Below are positions 1 through 13,030 of a stretch of 64,000 bases of DNA, in pieces. The position numbers and the translations under genes were made by a program. The DNA lies in contig JBHGNT010000003.1 of the NCBI GenBank assembly GCA_043228905.1, positions 9,300,001 to 9,364,000 on the forward strand, read 5' to 3'. The stretch comes from Azolla caroliniana (taxonomy: Eukaryota; Plantae; Polypodiophyta). The notes under the pieces are model-generated. The model saw only the letters and a program-made list of their open reading frames with translations. It was not told the origin of the DNA and ran no database searches. Position 1 is the stretch's first letter. Each line of letters begins with the position of its first letter.

Positions 1-1141
1 ACGATATGTTTAATATAGGCATATGTGGTCACGTATATACGTATTTGATCATATATATGTGATAAGTAAACATATGTGTATATTCATTATTACGTGATTA
101 TATCGAAAGTTGACCTTGTCGGGAAAAGGATGTTGGTGGCCGTCGTCACATTTTTGTGAGAATGGCGTTGTCACCATCCCTTTTTCAACAATTTTTTATT
201 GTTGACAACCCCGTTGATGACCTCGATTTCGTTACGTAAAGAAACGCCTATAGCCATAATGATGTTGAGTACGTAGGGCTTGACCCACTTCAAGTGAGGT
301 CGCTCCAATGACACACGTATCCAACATCCCTCCCTCATTACATGGATACGATGCCACCATGAGCTCGTTCTTACGAGAGGCATTCGTAATGACGTGACCA
401 CGTGATGGCCCACGTGAGCCTACTACGAAACGAGGGCTCATTTGGCTTGACCATTAGGTTGCACTTTGGCGTATGCTATCGTAATTACGAGACTTGAGGT
501 TAGGTAACGTACCAACATAGTTTTGGTAAATGAGGGCGAAATAAGGACCCTTGACATATATGTTCTTTTTAAAAAAAAACATATATGATCAAATTCCTCG
601 CATATCTCTTATACGTATCAAATATTAAGCATTCGAGAAGAGAAACTTACTTGGTTGGCTCAAGTGTTTAATGTATTTGTTCTTGAGGTCTCGAGTTCAA
701 ATATGACCAAGACTATACAACATCCTTGATACATATGACTATAACACATGTTTAGGCTTAAGGTCTAAGTGCACCTCGGGGTCCTTGTAATAGGACTTAA
801 AGAGCCGAAACCACACATGTGGGCAAAGAAACATAGTTTATTGTTAACATTTTTTTCGTGTATAAACTACTCATGACGCGAACATACATGGTTGAGCCTT
901 AGGGAGCCGCCATGAAAAAATCGATATAGAGATCAGGGAATGACATTAAATTGTCACCCCCATAAACACCTTTGTGTTACCAAAGTAACCTGATCTTGAA
1001 CCTCATCTCATACGTCTAGAGGGGTATTTACGTGAGATCATGATATCGATTAATGTTTGCCCATGATATGTTTACATCACAACATGATGTTATGACTATC
1101 TCTCTGACCTTATCCTATTTCTTTTCCAGAAATAATCTTTA

Positions 1142-4100
1142 ATGGCTCAAATTAACGACCCGATGTCATCCGCTCAAGCGGAAGGAACTCAAGGGAATCC
1201 TCTTGGACAAATGTCCACTGAGATGTATTTGGCACAAATAACCCAATGCCTTAGTTTCACCGCTCAACAGATGACCGAACTTCGGCAATCTCAGAGTGCT
1301 CTTGAGGCACGTGTCATTAGTCTACAATGTGAGACTAATAGACCTGATGAGAGACAAGGTGAACCATCATTTGTCATTAAGCCGTTTACGGGAGACAAAA
1401 AGGAAAGAACCGAAGAAGCAATCTGCACATGGCTGGGACGATGGGAGTCTCATTTTGAGCTCTATCCCACGCCAGATAGTACGAAGATTGCATATGTCGG
1501 CCGAGAACTCGGGGGTAAGGCCACCGCATGGTGGCGTGGGCTCCGTACTTTGGGGACATTGCCCGATACCTGGACAGATTTTGTCACGGTTTTTAAGGGC
1601 CAATTTCTGCAACCTCCCTCTCGAACCGAGGCAGCACAAGCTTTAATGAACCTCTCTAGCAGGAAATTTTCCTCGCTAGAAGACTATGTTCACCATGCTA
1701 GAACCCAAATCCAAAAATCGGGTCTAGAAGGGGACAATTGATTTATAGCTTGTTTTGTCAATGGCATCCCCAATTCGGACTATCACTGGATAGTGCACGA
1801 TAAGGATCCAAAATCCTTCGAAGAGGCCGTTGAAATAGTTCTTCGCTATCAACGCACTTCGAAGAAGGACCACAACAAAACCAACGAAGCACCCGGGACT
1901 AAGCAGTCGCAATTTGTTTGGAAACGCAAGACACCCAACGAATTCATGGATCGCGATTGTAAGCGACAACATCCTTTTTGCGTATTCTGCAAAAAGAAGG
2001 GTCATACAAAAGATCAATGTCGAAAGCTCCAACGGAAAGAGCATGACAACAAAGCTAAAGCTGCAGACCATAAAGGTCAGATTCCTAATGTCCTTCAGGT
2101 CTATACACATCATTTAAGTAATTGTCAATGTTCTTTCCCCCACTATGTATTGGGTCCCAATGATTTACTACGTGCAAACGGGTATATCAATGGATCTCCC
2201 GTACAATTTTTATTAGATTCAGGAAGCTCACACAATTTTGTGAATGATCGTTTGGTTCAGATATGGGGAATCCAACCCACCGTAAGTGATCACACCTACA
2301 CAGTGCACTTGGCTGATGGAAGAGTACAATACATCAACGGGGCGATTCATTCATTAGGAATTTCTATTGATACTTATATAGAGGAAGTAGACTTCCATGT
2401 AATGAATCTTTGTACCACCAATGTAATACTGGGTTATCCTTGGTTTTATAATAAAAGTTGTTCTTTATCTATTGATTGGGTTCATCATTCAATTACATTT
2501 GTACTAAACGATTGTACTCATTTTATTCAATGTGTAAAAAAACAATCCCTCTCGATTGTTTCCTCGTGTCCATCAATATCCGAGTTGTCTTGTTCTACTC
2601 TATTTTATTGTGTACTTGATCCGGACATTCACGTTTATAATATCGATAATGTCTCGGTTCCATTAACATATTTTGAACAACAACAACTTGATGAAATCTT
2701 AAATGATTTTCATGATGTTTTTCCGAGTGAACTACCAGATGGTTTACCTCCTAAACGTAATATAGACCACCGAATAGATATTGTACCTGGTGTTGCACCA
2801 ATAAGTATACCTCCTTATCGCTTAAATCGATCTGAAGAGGATGAGGTATCTAAGCAATTCAAGGACTATTTACGAATGGGTTATATACATTATAATAAAT
2901 CTCCATGGGGTGCACCAATTGTCTTGGTTAAAAAAAAGAGGGCACATGGCGTATGTGTATTAATTACCGACACTTGAATAAAGTGACGATCAAGAATTCA
3001 TATCCATTGCCCCGGGTTGACGATCTAATTGACCATCTCCAGGGAGCTCGGTATTTTACAAAATTTGATCTCCGTACTGGCTACCATCAAATACGAATAA
3101 GTGAGGACGATGTTCCTAAAACGACATTTCGTACGCGCTATGGCCATTACGAGTTTTTGGTTATGCCTTTTGGTTTGACCAATGCTTCGGCTACTTTTCA
3201 ACAAGAAATGAATGACATTTTCTGAGAACAACTTGGAAAATTTGTCGTTATTTTCTTGGATGATATTTTAGTTTATAGCTGTACATTACAAGAACATGCT
3301 AAACATGTACGCTTTGTTTTACAAACATTGCGTGACAAACAGTTTTATGCGAAGATCTCAAAATGTGAGTTCTTCAAGAAATCAATTACTTATCTAGGAC
3401 ATCTCATAACCGAACGAGGAGTTGAGATTGATCCTTCTCACATTGAGAAAATCAAGCTTTGACCCACTCTTCAGAATATTCGAGAAGTTCGATCATTCCT
3501 TGGTTTTGTCGGGTTTTTGCGAAAGTCTCTTCGTAATTACTCCCAATTGACGACGCCGTTTACTAATCTTTTAAAAGGTCAAACACGTAAGTCTACAAAA
3601 CCTATTGTGTGGAATGCTACACTAGACCTCGCCTTTAAGGAACTCAAGGACCTGGTTTGCAAGGCTCCTTCACTTCTTTTACCTGATCCTTCAAAACCTT
3701 TTGAGGTTGAAACTGATGCAAGCGATTATGCTATAGGTGCTGTCTTGTATCAAGATGGTAAACCAATAGCATTCAAGAGTAAGAAACTTGATTCTGCTCA
3801 ATGTCGGTATACCGTTCAAGAAAAGGAATTATTTGCAATTATACATGCGCTCAAAACATGGCGCCATTATCTGTATGGAAATCGCTTTGTGGTAACTACG
3901 AACCACGAGTCCTTGAAATATTTTTGTGACCAACAAGACTTGAAAGGTTGTAAGGCACGATGGGCTGATCTCATCCAGGACTTTGATTTTTCCATACGAT
4001 ATCGTAAAGGTTCCATGAACACTGTCGCTGATGCACTAAGTCGCATCCGTGAAGTTAACATGCTTAGCTTCACTAAAATAACATCAGATCTTTATGATCA

Positions 4101-5575
4101 CCTTCGAGGAAAGTATCTTGATGACAGTTATTTTGCAAAATACTGGGCAAGAGTTGAGTCTGGAACAGACACCACCACATCCTCGAAGGAATACTTCCAC
4201 ATTGCTAACGGTTTGCTCTACCGTAATGGGAAGGTTTGTGTTCTAGATTTACCCGAGGTCAAAGAGAGGATTCTTTTTGAATGCCATGATGTACCCTCAA
4301 CAGGGCACCCTGGAATACATCGTACACTCGTTCTCATCTCCACTCAATTTTATTGGCCTAAGATGAGTCCTGACATACATAGCTATGTGACTAAATGTCA
4401 CTAGTTTCAGGTTAACAAAGTCGAGCGACTTAAAGCCGCAGGACTTTTACATCCCTTGGACATTCCCAATAATAAGTGGGAAAGTATATCCATGGATTTT
4501 ATTGTTAGCCTTCCTCGCACCCAAAAGGTCATGATGCCATCTGGGTTGTCGTTGATCGACTAACTAAAATGGCTATAGATTTATTGCTACTAAAACCACA
4601 GTAACAGCTCCTGAATTGGCTTACCAATTCATTGATGAATTATTTCGTTTTTATGGGTTACCGATGGATATCGTGAGTGATTGAGATCCAAAGTTTACTA
4701 GTGACTTCTGGATGCAAGTCTTTAAGAAGTTAGAAACTACGTTGAGCATGAGCTCCACGGATCATCCTCAATCCGATGGACTGACAGAACGAGTAAATCA
4801 AATTATTGAGGACATGCTTCGAGCATACGTTGGTGCAAAACCAACAAAATGGGAACGTTATCTCCCAATTTTGGAGTTTGCTTATAACAGATCCAAGCAT
4901 ACATCGACGGGATATAGTCCTTTTATGTTGATGTATGGTTTTCAGCCACGAGCCCTGATTGATGTTAATATACATCATGATGAGTTGCGAAGTACGCAAA
5001 ACTTTCTTTGGGATATGCAAGATATGTTGCATATTGCACGAGATAATATAAAAACAACTCAAGATAGAACACGTTTTTATGTCGGCCATCATAAGCAACC
5101 TCGTGTATTCAACCCTGGACAGAAGGTATTTTTACGTGTACCTCACAATTCTAAGCCATTGTCTACGGGTAAGTGCGCTAAGTTAGCCCCATGGTTTTGT
5201 GGACCTTTTATAGTCCTCAAACGCATTGGGTCATCAGCCTATCATCTCGCTCTTCTCGATGGTGTTGGAATTCATCCAGTCTTTCATGTGAGTCGTCTAA
5301 AAGAACTTCTAGGTTCTAGCGACAATACAGTTACAACTGAAACTCTGGTTACTTTTGAAGAATTATCTTCTAAACCACATGTACCAGAAAGAATTCTTGA
5401 TGTTAAAACAAAAAAATTACGTACTAAAGAAATCCGAGAATTTAAAATAAAATGGATGGATAAATCAATAAAAGATGCCACATGGGAACGCGAAAATACT
5501 CTCAAAACTAACTTCCCTAACTTTCCATTGCAAGAGTGCAATGTTTTAAAGAGGGGGAGTATGTTACGGGCATGA
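1142..5575 (+). pseudogene. Disrupted Gypsy gag-pol polyprotein with C-terminal chromodomain
   Basis: CCHC knuckle CVFCKKKGHTKDQC; protease LLDSGSSHNF; [14 protein letters not shown]; RNase H ETDASDYAIG; integrase GHPG and HPQSDGLTER; chromodomain PERIL...KIKW...ATWE. Several in-frame stops and frameshifts. Confidence 0.92.
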
Positions 5576-6130
5576 CCATTTAATATCCCGTGGTGAGAAT
5601 TTATTGTAGTATTCTATACACGTGGATAAGTGTGAGGGTTAAACGAGATTGTAAAGAAGGGGAGGATTACTTTTAATCCTCGGGATTGAGACAACCCATT
5701 AGGTCAAGTGTGAACTTGACTGGGGGCCTTGGGTATCGCAATAAATAAGAGGCCTAGCTACCCTCATTTGATCATCTTTTTTACTACATCGAGACTCTGC
5801 TCTTGTGGTGGGTCAACTCTTGTATCAAGCGCGACAGCACCAGGTACGACTCGACGCCACGGTGGTGGTATGGGACGCCGATCGAGGCTCGAGTCCATCT
5901 CGATCCCTTCGCTCAGGGGTGGTCGGGTGGATCGACACCCTTCTTTCTCTTTCTCCTTTCTATCTATCATTTGTTTATCCTTATCTTAAGCTTACTTTAG
6001 TACCTAGCCATCTCGATCCCTTTGCTCAGGGGTGGTCGGGTGGATCGACACCCTTCTTTTTCTTTCTCCTTTCTATCTATCATTTGTTTATCCTTATCTT
6101 AAGCTTACTTTAGTACCTAGATCTCTAATA
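5562..6130 (+). repeat. 3' LTR of the chromovirus, with an internal ~113-bp tandem duplication (5895-6007 / 6008-6120)
   Basis: Starts TGTTA after the PPT and ends TAATA (degenerate TAACA). Two near-identical copies of CCATCTCGATCCCT...TTAGTACCTAG. Confidence 0.75.
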
Positions 6131-7942
6131 GCTATGCTTCCAAAAGAAGCTTGGGACAGTTTAGTAAATTTTTTTGCAGTGAATACAATGGCAAGAAAGC
6201 ATCAGCTAAATACCTTGGAAAAAGGTAAGATGTCAGTGAATGAGTATGCTCTGAAAATAAAGAGCATATGTGAACCACTTGCTTCTATCAATGTGATGGT
6301 AGAAGATGATGATAAGGTGGAAATATGCTAAGAGGCTTAGGACCTCAATAGAAGAGTTTCAAAACATCTATTCTCACAAGGGATAGTATCCCAAGTTTTC
6401 CAGATTTGGTATCAATGCTTGTAGTAGAAGAAAGAAATCAAATGGATGATGTAAACAAAGGAAACTCAGAGAATGAGGGGCAATCCCTCTACAATAGTGC
6501 TGAAAGAGAATGGAAGATATGGTTCAGCTAGAACCAACAACAATTATCAAGGAAGAGGACAACAGGCTGTAAGTGGAAGAAACAACATCAGAGGCAGGGG
6601 GAGCAATCGAGGAAGAGGTAAGCAAACCTATTTGAATGATGATGGCTGTTGATATTGTGGAAAACCAAGCCACACACAGGTTGAATGCTATAAAAAGAAA
6701 AATGATGAGAAAAGAGGGAAGAAACAACAAAATAATTATGCCTCAACCAGTGAAAACTGTGATAAAGACGGTGCATATGTGGTGCAACATGAAACAACAG
6801 TAGTGGCTGAATATTCACAGAGATTCAATGAAGAGTGTATGTGGTATGTAGATTCTGGGGCATCTAATCATATGACAAGACCTAAAAACTGGTTTGAAAT
6901 TCTAGGAGAACCAAAGATTCCTAGTTATGTACAGACAGGTGATAATACTACTCACCAAATAGAGCATATTGGAGATATCCCATTGTGGGAAGAAAAAGGA
7001 AAAACAAAGTATATGCTGAATGTGATGCATGTTCCAAACCTTGCAAAAAATCTGTTGTAGCATGAAACGAGATACTGTTGCACTATCAAGTACTGAAGCT
7101 GAGTATAGAGGAGCTGCAATAGCTACCTGTGAAGAGGTATGGATCAGAAGATTGTTTTCTGATTTGGGAGAGTATATAGATGGTGCTGTCACAATTTGGT
7201 TTGACAATATGACCAGCATTCAGCTGGCAAAAAACCTAGTGTTCCATGCAAGACAAAGCACATTGAAGTGAATTATCACTTTGTTAGAGAAAAAGTGATT
7301 GATGGAGAAGTGGATCTGTTGTATGTAAATACAAATTAGCAAGTTGTTGATATTCTTATGAAGGGATTGAGCATGGACAAACATACACAGTTTAGAGACA
7401 TGATGGGAGTTATAACCATCGGCATGGTAGCTGAAAAGCATGAAGAAGAGAAGATTGAACATGATCCAAAGAAAGGATAAGTTGAACTTGAGGGGGAGTG
7501 TTGAGAAGCAAGCTCAACAAAGGTATGTGATGCTTATTGAGAAATAAGCTATAGTAGCTATTAGCTAATTAGCTACTAGTGGACATAAAGGTGAAACAAC
7601 TATTTAGGTATGCACAACTATTTAGCTACTGACAACTATTTAGCTATAGATAGCTAATTAGCTATTGGCAGGTAATTAGATGCATATATAAGTCACTTAT
7701 GTACCTAGGTAAAAAGTAAGTGTAGGAAGTAGTAAAACTGAGTGAGAGTACAGTAGTGTAGAGTTGTAAGAAAATAGAAAACAAACGAGAGCGAGTTGAG
7801 CTCTGCGTGTAATGAAGTAGGAGCTTTTTAGATTGTGCAAAGGTAAGTCTCCTTCCCCTTCCCCTTTCTGTCTTGAGCACTAAACGATCCAACAGATCAC
7901 GATCCGTTGTGCACACAGAAGAGCCATAGTGCCTTCATAACA
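6131..7942 (+). mobile_element. Internally deleted Ty1/Copia remnant with 3' LTR (7499-7942)
   Basis: gag PKEAW; knuckle C*YCGKPSH...C; protease WYVDSGASNHMT joined directly to RNase H (VALSSTEAEY). PPT TGAGGGGGAG, then TGTTGAG...TAACA. Confidence 0.82.
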
Positions 7943-8600
7943 ATAATGCATTTACCTTCCATTGTTGCTTGCCAAGACGATATGTAATCTTGAAGTCGAA
8001 ATGAGTGAGAAATTGGACCCACCGAGTTTGCCGTCTATTCCCATGAGCATTCTGGAAATAGGCGAAATTCTTGTGATCACTGAATACAGTGACTTGATGA
8101 GGAGATCCTTCTAGGAAATGCCTCCATTGTGCAAAAGAGTCCACTATAGCTAATAATTCCTTGTCATGTACCTCGTAGTTGATTTCAGCAATGTCAAATT
8201 TGCGTGAATGGAAAGCCACGGGATGTAGCTTCTCATCATCGCCTTGCTGTGACAAAATGCTACCAAGTGCAAAATCCGATGCGTCTACTTCAGTAATAAA
8301 TGGTTTTTGTGGATCAACATGAACTAGAATAGGAGCTGATGTAAATGCTTTCTTGAGATCCACAAAAGCAAAATCTACTTCAGCAGTCCAAACAAACGAT
8401 TGCCCTTTCTTTGTGAGTTCTGTGAGAGGCAAGATAAGCTTTGAGCAATCTTGTATGAACTTGCGATAGAAATTCACGAATCCTAGAAAACATTTGACAT
8501 CTCGCATCGATTACGGAGTCTGCCACTCTAACACCGTTCGGACCTTAGTTGGATCCATAGAGATTTCTTTAGAGGAGATGAAATAGCCTTCAAATTCCAC
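7943..8600 (-). pseudogene. Gypsy pol fragment (RT C-terminus and RNase H); downstream half of an element split by later insertions
   Basis: FLGFVNFYRKFI, EVDASDFALG, NYEVHDKELLAIV. The reading frame QVEFLG is broken at the CCAC target duplication. Confidence 0.85.
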
Positions 8601-9011
8601 AACACGTTCGCATTTAGAAGTGGAAGGATCGTGCAATCCATTATTAGATTCCTTTTATAATCTGTGATTTTAGGCAAATTTCAAAAAGTTGATAAACTAG
8701 TATCACATGTCTTGAATAACATATAAAATTTGCCACTTTTTTGAGATTTAACAAGGGTGAAAATGATCATTTCTAAAATTCATTAGAGATTTCTTCAGAG
8801 GAGATGAAATAGCCTAGAAATTCCACAACACGTTCGTGTTTAGAAGTGGAAGTATCGCGCAATCCATTATTAGATTCCTTTTATAATTTGTGATTTTAGG
8901 CAAGTTTCAGAAAGTTGATATACTAGTATCACATGTCTTGAATAACATATAAAATTTGCCGCTTTTTTGAGATTTAACAAGGGTCAAAATGATCATTTCT
9001 AAAATTCATTA
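8558..9011. repeat. 226-bp tandem duplication covering the left terminus of the TIR element and its target site
   Basis: TAGAGATTTC...TTCCAC|AACACGTTCG...CTAAAATTCATTAG occurs twice at a 226-bp period. Confidence 0.85.
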
Positions 9012-9399
9012 GTTTTTCGATAAATGTTTAAACGTTTATGGTCTAGAGATATGAAATGTAGTTAACTTAAGGAAAATCACGATGGTTAACTCGAAGCACA
9101 AGTTTAGATTAATGGTTTGACCATCTTGAGGAGATGTAGGTTCTAGAAGTGTCCTCAACATCTATAAATTTAGTGTTCATCAACATCCATAAAGTCAGAA
9201 CTCCAAAAATGTAGATGATATTCATGAACTATGAAAATTGTCAAACCTAGACGTGAACATTAATATGTCCTTCGAACATATCACATAGTTATCAGGGTAT
9301 CCACACTTCTCTCGTCTTCTTCCTTTTGAGAACTCTCCTCCAAAATTTGTGAAGTAGTATCTACTCCACATAGGCCAGCAATAGTATGGTCCTCTACTA

Positions 9400-9522
9400 A
9401 CTCGTCGTCAAAATCAATAAGCTCCCTAAGTTCACCACCTAATGGAGGAATAGGTTCATGTGATCCATGGTGAAAACATTAAGGCTTTAACCCTCATGTG
9501 AATGAAACTCACTTGCTCATCC
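9400..9522 (-). pseudogene. Remnant of the C-terminus of the transposon-borne methyltransferase-like gene
   Basis: Translates DEQVSFIHMRVKAL and, after a frameshift, GSHEPIPPLGGELRELIDFDDE. This matches DPTQVNFIKMRITRI...TSREPM*PIDEEVGELVDLEDG at ~54045-54225. Confidence 0.65.
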
Positions 9523-9701
9523 AACTTTTGTTAGTGTAAAGTCATCCAAAATTATTACCATTGACATAATTAATTTAAAAACAAAGATTTCAGTACAATT
9601 CGATACAATGTAACGAATTCAGATTGCAATACAATTTGATACTCAGGTTCAAAGTGTTTTTATCACAATTCCATTCTTAGTATCAAATTCAGGTTCAAAG
9701 T

Positions 9702-10142
9702 TGTTGAGAGACAAGCTCAACATCGGCCGGATCGGCTGAAGAAGCCGAGGACCGGATCGGTTAGGCCGAATGCGTAAACCGGTATGCAGACCGGTGCGTA
9801 GGTAGGGTCGGATCGGTACGTAAACCGGGAGGCCGTTAGGAAAGATATTCCGTGAGGAATATATTTGGGAGTTAGTGTAGGAGCTCTTAATGAGCATTGA
9901 AGTATTGTCAGTACTTCGGTCAGTCCTTCTAGGACTTGTATAAAAGTGTTCATTGAACACACATATGTATACAGTGTATTGAATAGAGATTGAGTTTTTG
10001 TTGAATATAGTTCTTGTGCTTTCTCTCTCTCACTCTCTCTGTCTCTCCCGCGTATACTGCGTAAGCTCAAGCTCTCCATTGAACCTGAGTTTTCTTCCTC
10101 CTGTTTGGTCTTCATACTTGCTTCCGCACGCTACTTTTTACA
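9702..10142 (+). repeat. 5' LTR of Copia-1
   Basis: TGTTGAGAGAC...CTTTTTACA; matches 21360-21814 apart from a 14-bp indel and a few substitutions. Confidence 0.95.
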
Positions 10143-10154
10143 TGGTATCAGAGC
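10143..10154 (+). other. Primer binding site (tRNA-iMet)
   Basis: TGGTATCAGAGC directly after the LTR end. Confidence 0.93.
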
Positions 10155-12307
10155 GCGAGGGTTGAGAACCTCTCTGTAGCCGACATAGCTTGACGAAGAA
10201 GAACAAGAAGAACGATGGATAGAGGCATGGCGAGCTTGCTTCCAACAGAGAAGCTCGACAGAACCAACTACGCGTCTTGGTCCTACAAGATGCACCAGTA
10301 CCTGCTCGGGCACGGCTACTGGAGTTATGTCGCAGGAGCTAATGACGCGGCACCCGAATCGACACACAGAGACTTCCCGTCATGGGAGCAATCGGCGAGC
10401 AGGGTATTATACTGCTTCGCGTCGTGTGTGGGTGAATAGCTATTGAGCTATGTTCGGGATGCAAAGACGCCGAAGGGTGCGTGGGAAAATCTGAAGAAGA
10501 TTTTCGCCGCGAGCACCACAGCCAGGAAGCTTCAACTCCGACAGGACTTGAGCAACCTACGACAACGCGACTTGTCGGTGGCGGACTATACCTCGAAGGT
10601 CAAGGATATCTGCGACTCCCTCGCCTCCATAGAGGTGAACATCGAGGAGAGCGAGATGGTCCAGATCTATCTCGGAGGTTTGGTGTCGAAGTTTGGAGCG
10701 TTCCGAACGGCAGTGTGTACCCGGGAGAATACGCCGTCCTTTTTCGACTTACAGTCAATGCTCCTAGTAGAGGAGAACCACGTGGGTGCATCTACAGGCA
10801 CGCATACCAACAGCAAAATGCTGTACACGGAGGGAGATAGACCCCGTGGACGTGGAGGACGAGGCGAGTCGGCGCACAATGGAAGCGGCCGACAAGATCA
10901 AGGAAAAAGGCACCGAAGTGATGCCGACAGCAACTTCGGACCCTCCGGAAATAGGGGGAGTTGAAGCGATGAGAATCGTCAAGGGAAGGCCATCACGGAG
11001 TGCTGGTACTGTGGCAAGAAAGGCCACAGGGAAAGTGAGTGCTGGAAGAAGCGCGCCGATTCGGAGAGAACCGGTTCCGGAAATGGCTCCGGACATAACG
11101 ACAAGGGAAATCAGCAACGATCGCACTACGTCGAAGACTCCGTGAGAGCCGGAGAAGGGTCTGCCTTCGTGAAGAGACACAAAGCAAACTCAATGAAACA
11201 GAGCACCCCGAGATCGAACAAGGTGTGGTACGTAGACTCCGGTGCGTCAAACCACATGACGAGCCATAAGGAGTGGTTCTCGTACCTTGAAAAACCGATA
11301 CAACCTAGAGTAGTCGCAACTGGAGACGACACTCCGCATCCGATCACGAATGTCAGAGAAGTTCCCCTTAGCCATGTTGGGCAGAAAGGGAAACTCATGA
11401 ACGTGCTGCACGTTCCGACAATCACGAAGAACTTGGTCTCGGTCGGACAGATCGTCGACCAAGGGATGGAGGTTCAGTTTACACACCTCGGGTGCTTCAT
11501 TGAGGAAGAAGGCCGTGTGATTGCGCAAGGGCGCAGAGACGGGAGGATGTTCATCCTCGACTCCACTGACGGCGGCACCGCAATGTTCACGAAGGGACAA
11601 AAATCCGAGTCGGACATCGACTTGTGGCACAAGCGAATAGGCCACGTCAACTACCAGCGGCTTCAAGATCTGCAAACGAATCAGGTAGTGTTCGGATTGC
11701 CCAAATTTAGTGGCCGAAAGGCACAAATTTGTGAAGCCTGCCAGCTCGGGAAGCAACACCGACTTCCCTTCCCCAATGAGCGAAAACGGAGCCAGAACAA
11801 GCTCGACCTTATACACTCCGATGTATGGGGGCCGGCACAAAACGTTAGTCTTAGCGGGAGCCGATATTTCGGCTCCTTCATCGACGATCACACGCGGCAC
11901 ACGTGGATCTGCCTCATTGAGAGGAAGAGCGAAGTCTTCGACTGTTTCCTGGACCTCAAAGGGTTCGTGGAAACGGAAACGGGATGGAAGATCAAGTGCT
12001 TGCGGTTGGATGGCGGGAAAGAGTACTTTTCCGGTCAATTCAATGGTTACCTACAACAAATGGAAATTCGCCGCGAATTCAGTTGTAGATACACGCCGGA
12101 GCAGAACGGCGTGGCCGAGAGGAAGAATCGGTCAGTTGTGGAAGCGGCACGGGCAATGCTGGAGGAGAAGAGCTTGCCCAAGTTCTACTGGGCTGAGGCG
12201 GTAAGGACCGCGGTATACATCCAGAACCGGATCGGAGACAAAGTGTCGGCGCACGAGCTATATTTCGGAACGAAGCTGAACTTGTGACACTTGAGGGTGT
12301 TCGGTAG

Positions 12308-13030
12308 TGTTGAGAACTCAATGTTCCTTATGTCCGACGCTCGGCCACAACCGAGATTCTTTTCATACACAGAAAAAACAGGTAATGAAACGCGACACAA
12401 AGGGGAGAAATGGTACACAGGAGGTTTACGTGGAAAACCCCAAAATAAGGGAAAAACCACGGCAGCCCACAGGTTGCAAACTGTCACTATGTAGGAATAT
12501 ACAACAGTGAGTTCACTGAGGCAACGACCTCGTGCTCTCAGATCTTCGCCATAGGCGGCGGTTACAACAGAGGCAACGACCTCGTCTCTCTCTCTCTCTC
12601 TCTCTTTGTACAGATACGCGCTCTATCTTCTTCTTGCACCAACAAGGAAGAATAACAAAAAAAAAACGACACACCTAAAAGTTTGCCCTAAGTCATATTT
12701 ATACTAATATGACTTTTCGGCTATTTACAAATGTAGCCTCGATGGGCTCTCAGAAACATATTTACGAATATGTCTCTTCCTCCGGTTCATACCGGGCCTG
12801 CACCATCCGGCTCTCCGTAGTCGGGTACTCCCCATCCGGTTCATACCGGGCCTACACCATCCGGCTCTCCGCAGTCGGGTACTCCCCATCCGGTTCATAC
12901 CGGGCCTACACCATCCGGCTCTTCGCAGTCGGGTACTCCCCACCCGGTTCATACCGTTTCGGCCTCGGCCGAGTTTGTTCATCGGCACTGTTCTTCTCCC
13001 TTCCCATCCGGAGGGACCTGTCTCCCAACA
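12308..13030 (-). mobile_element. Solo LTR related to Copia-2, inserted in the Copia-1 integrase region
   Basis: TG...CA termini with TSD GGTAG (12303-12307 / 13031-13035). Homologous to the LTRs at 14394 and 19279, with ~3 copies of the 54-bp repeat. Confidence 0.93.

Larger units (their letters stand above)
1..6130 (+). mobile_element. Ty3/Gypsy chromovirus LTR retrotransposon (5' LTR not in window), apparently inserted into the gag of a Copia remnant
   Basis: Order is gag-PR-RT-RH-INT-chromodomain. Polypurine tract AAAGAGGGGGAG lies just before TG at 5562. Copia gag sequence (AMLPKEAW) resumes at 6131. Confidence 0.9.

Noticed and set aside
1100-1145. Pyrimidine tract plus CAG just before the Gypsy gag ATG (possible leader-intron acceptor)
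   Set aside because: No donor or 5' LTR can be assigned within the window, so the evidence is too weak.
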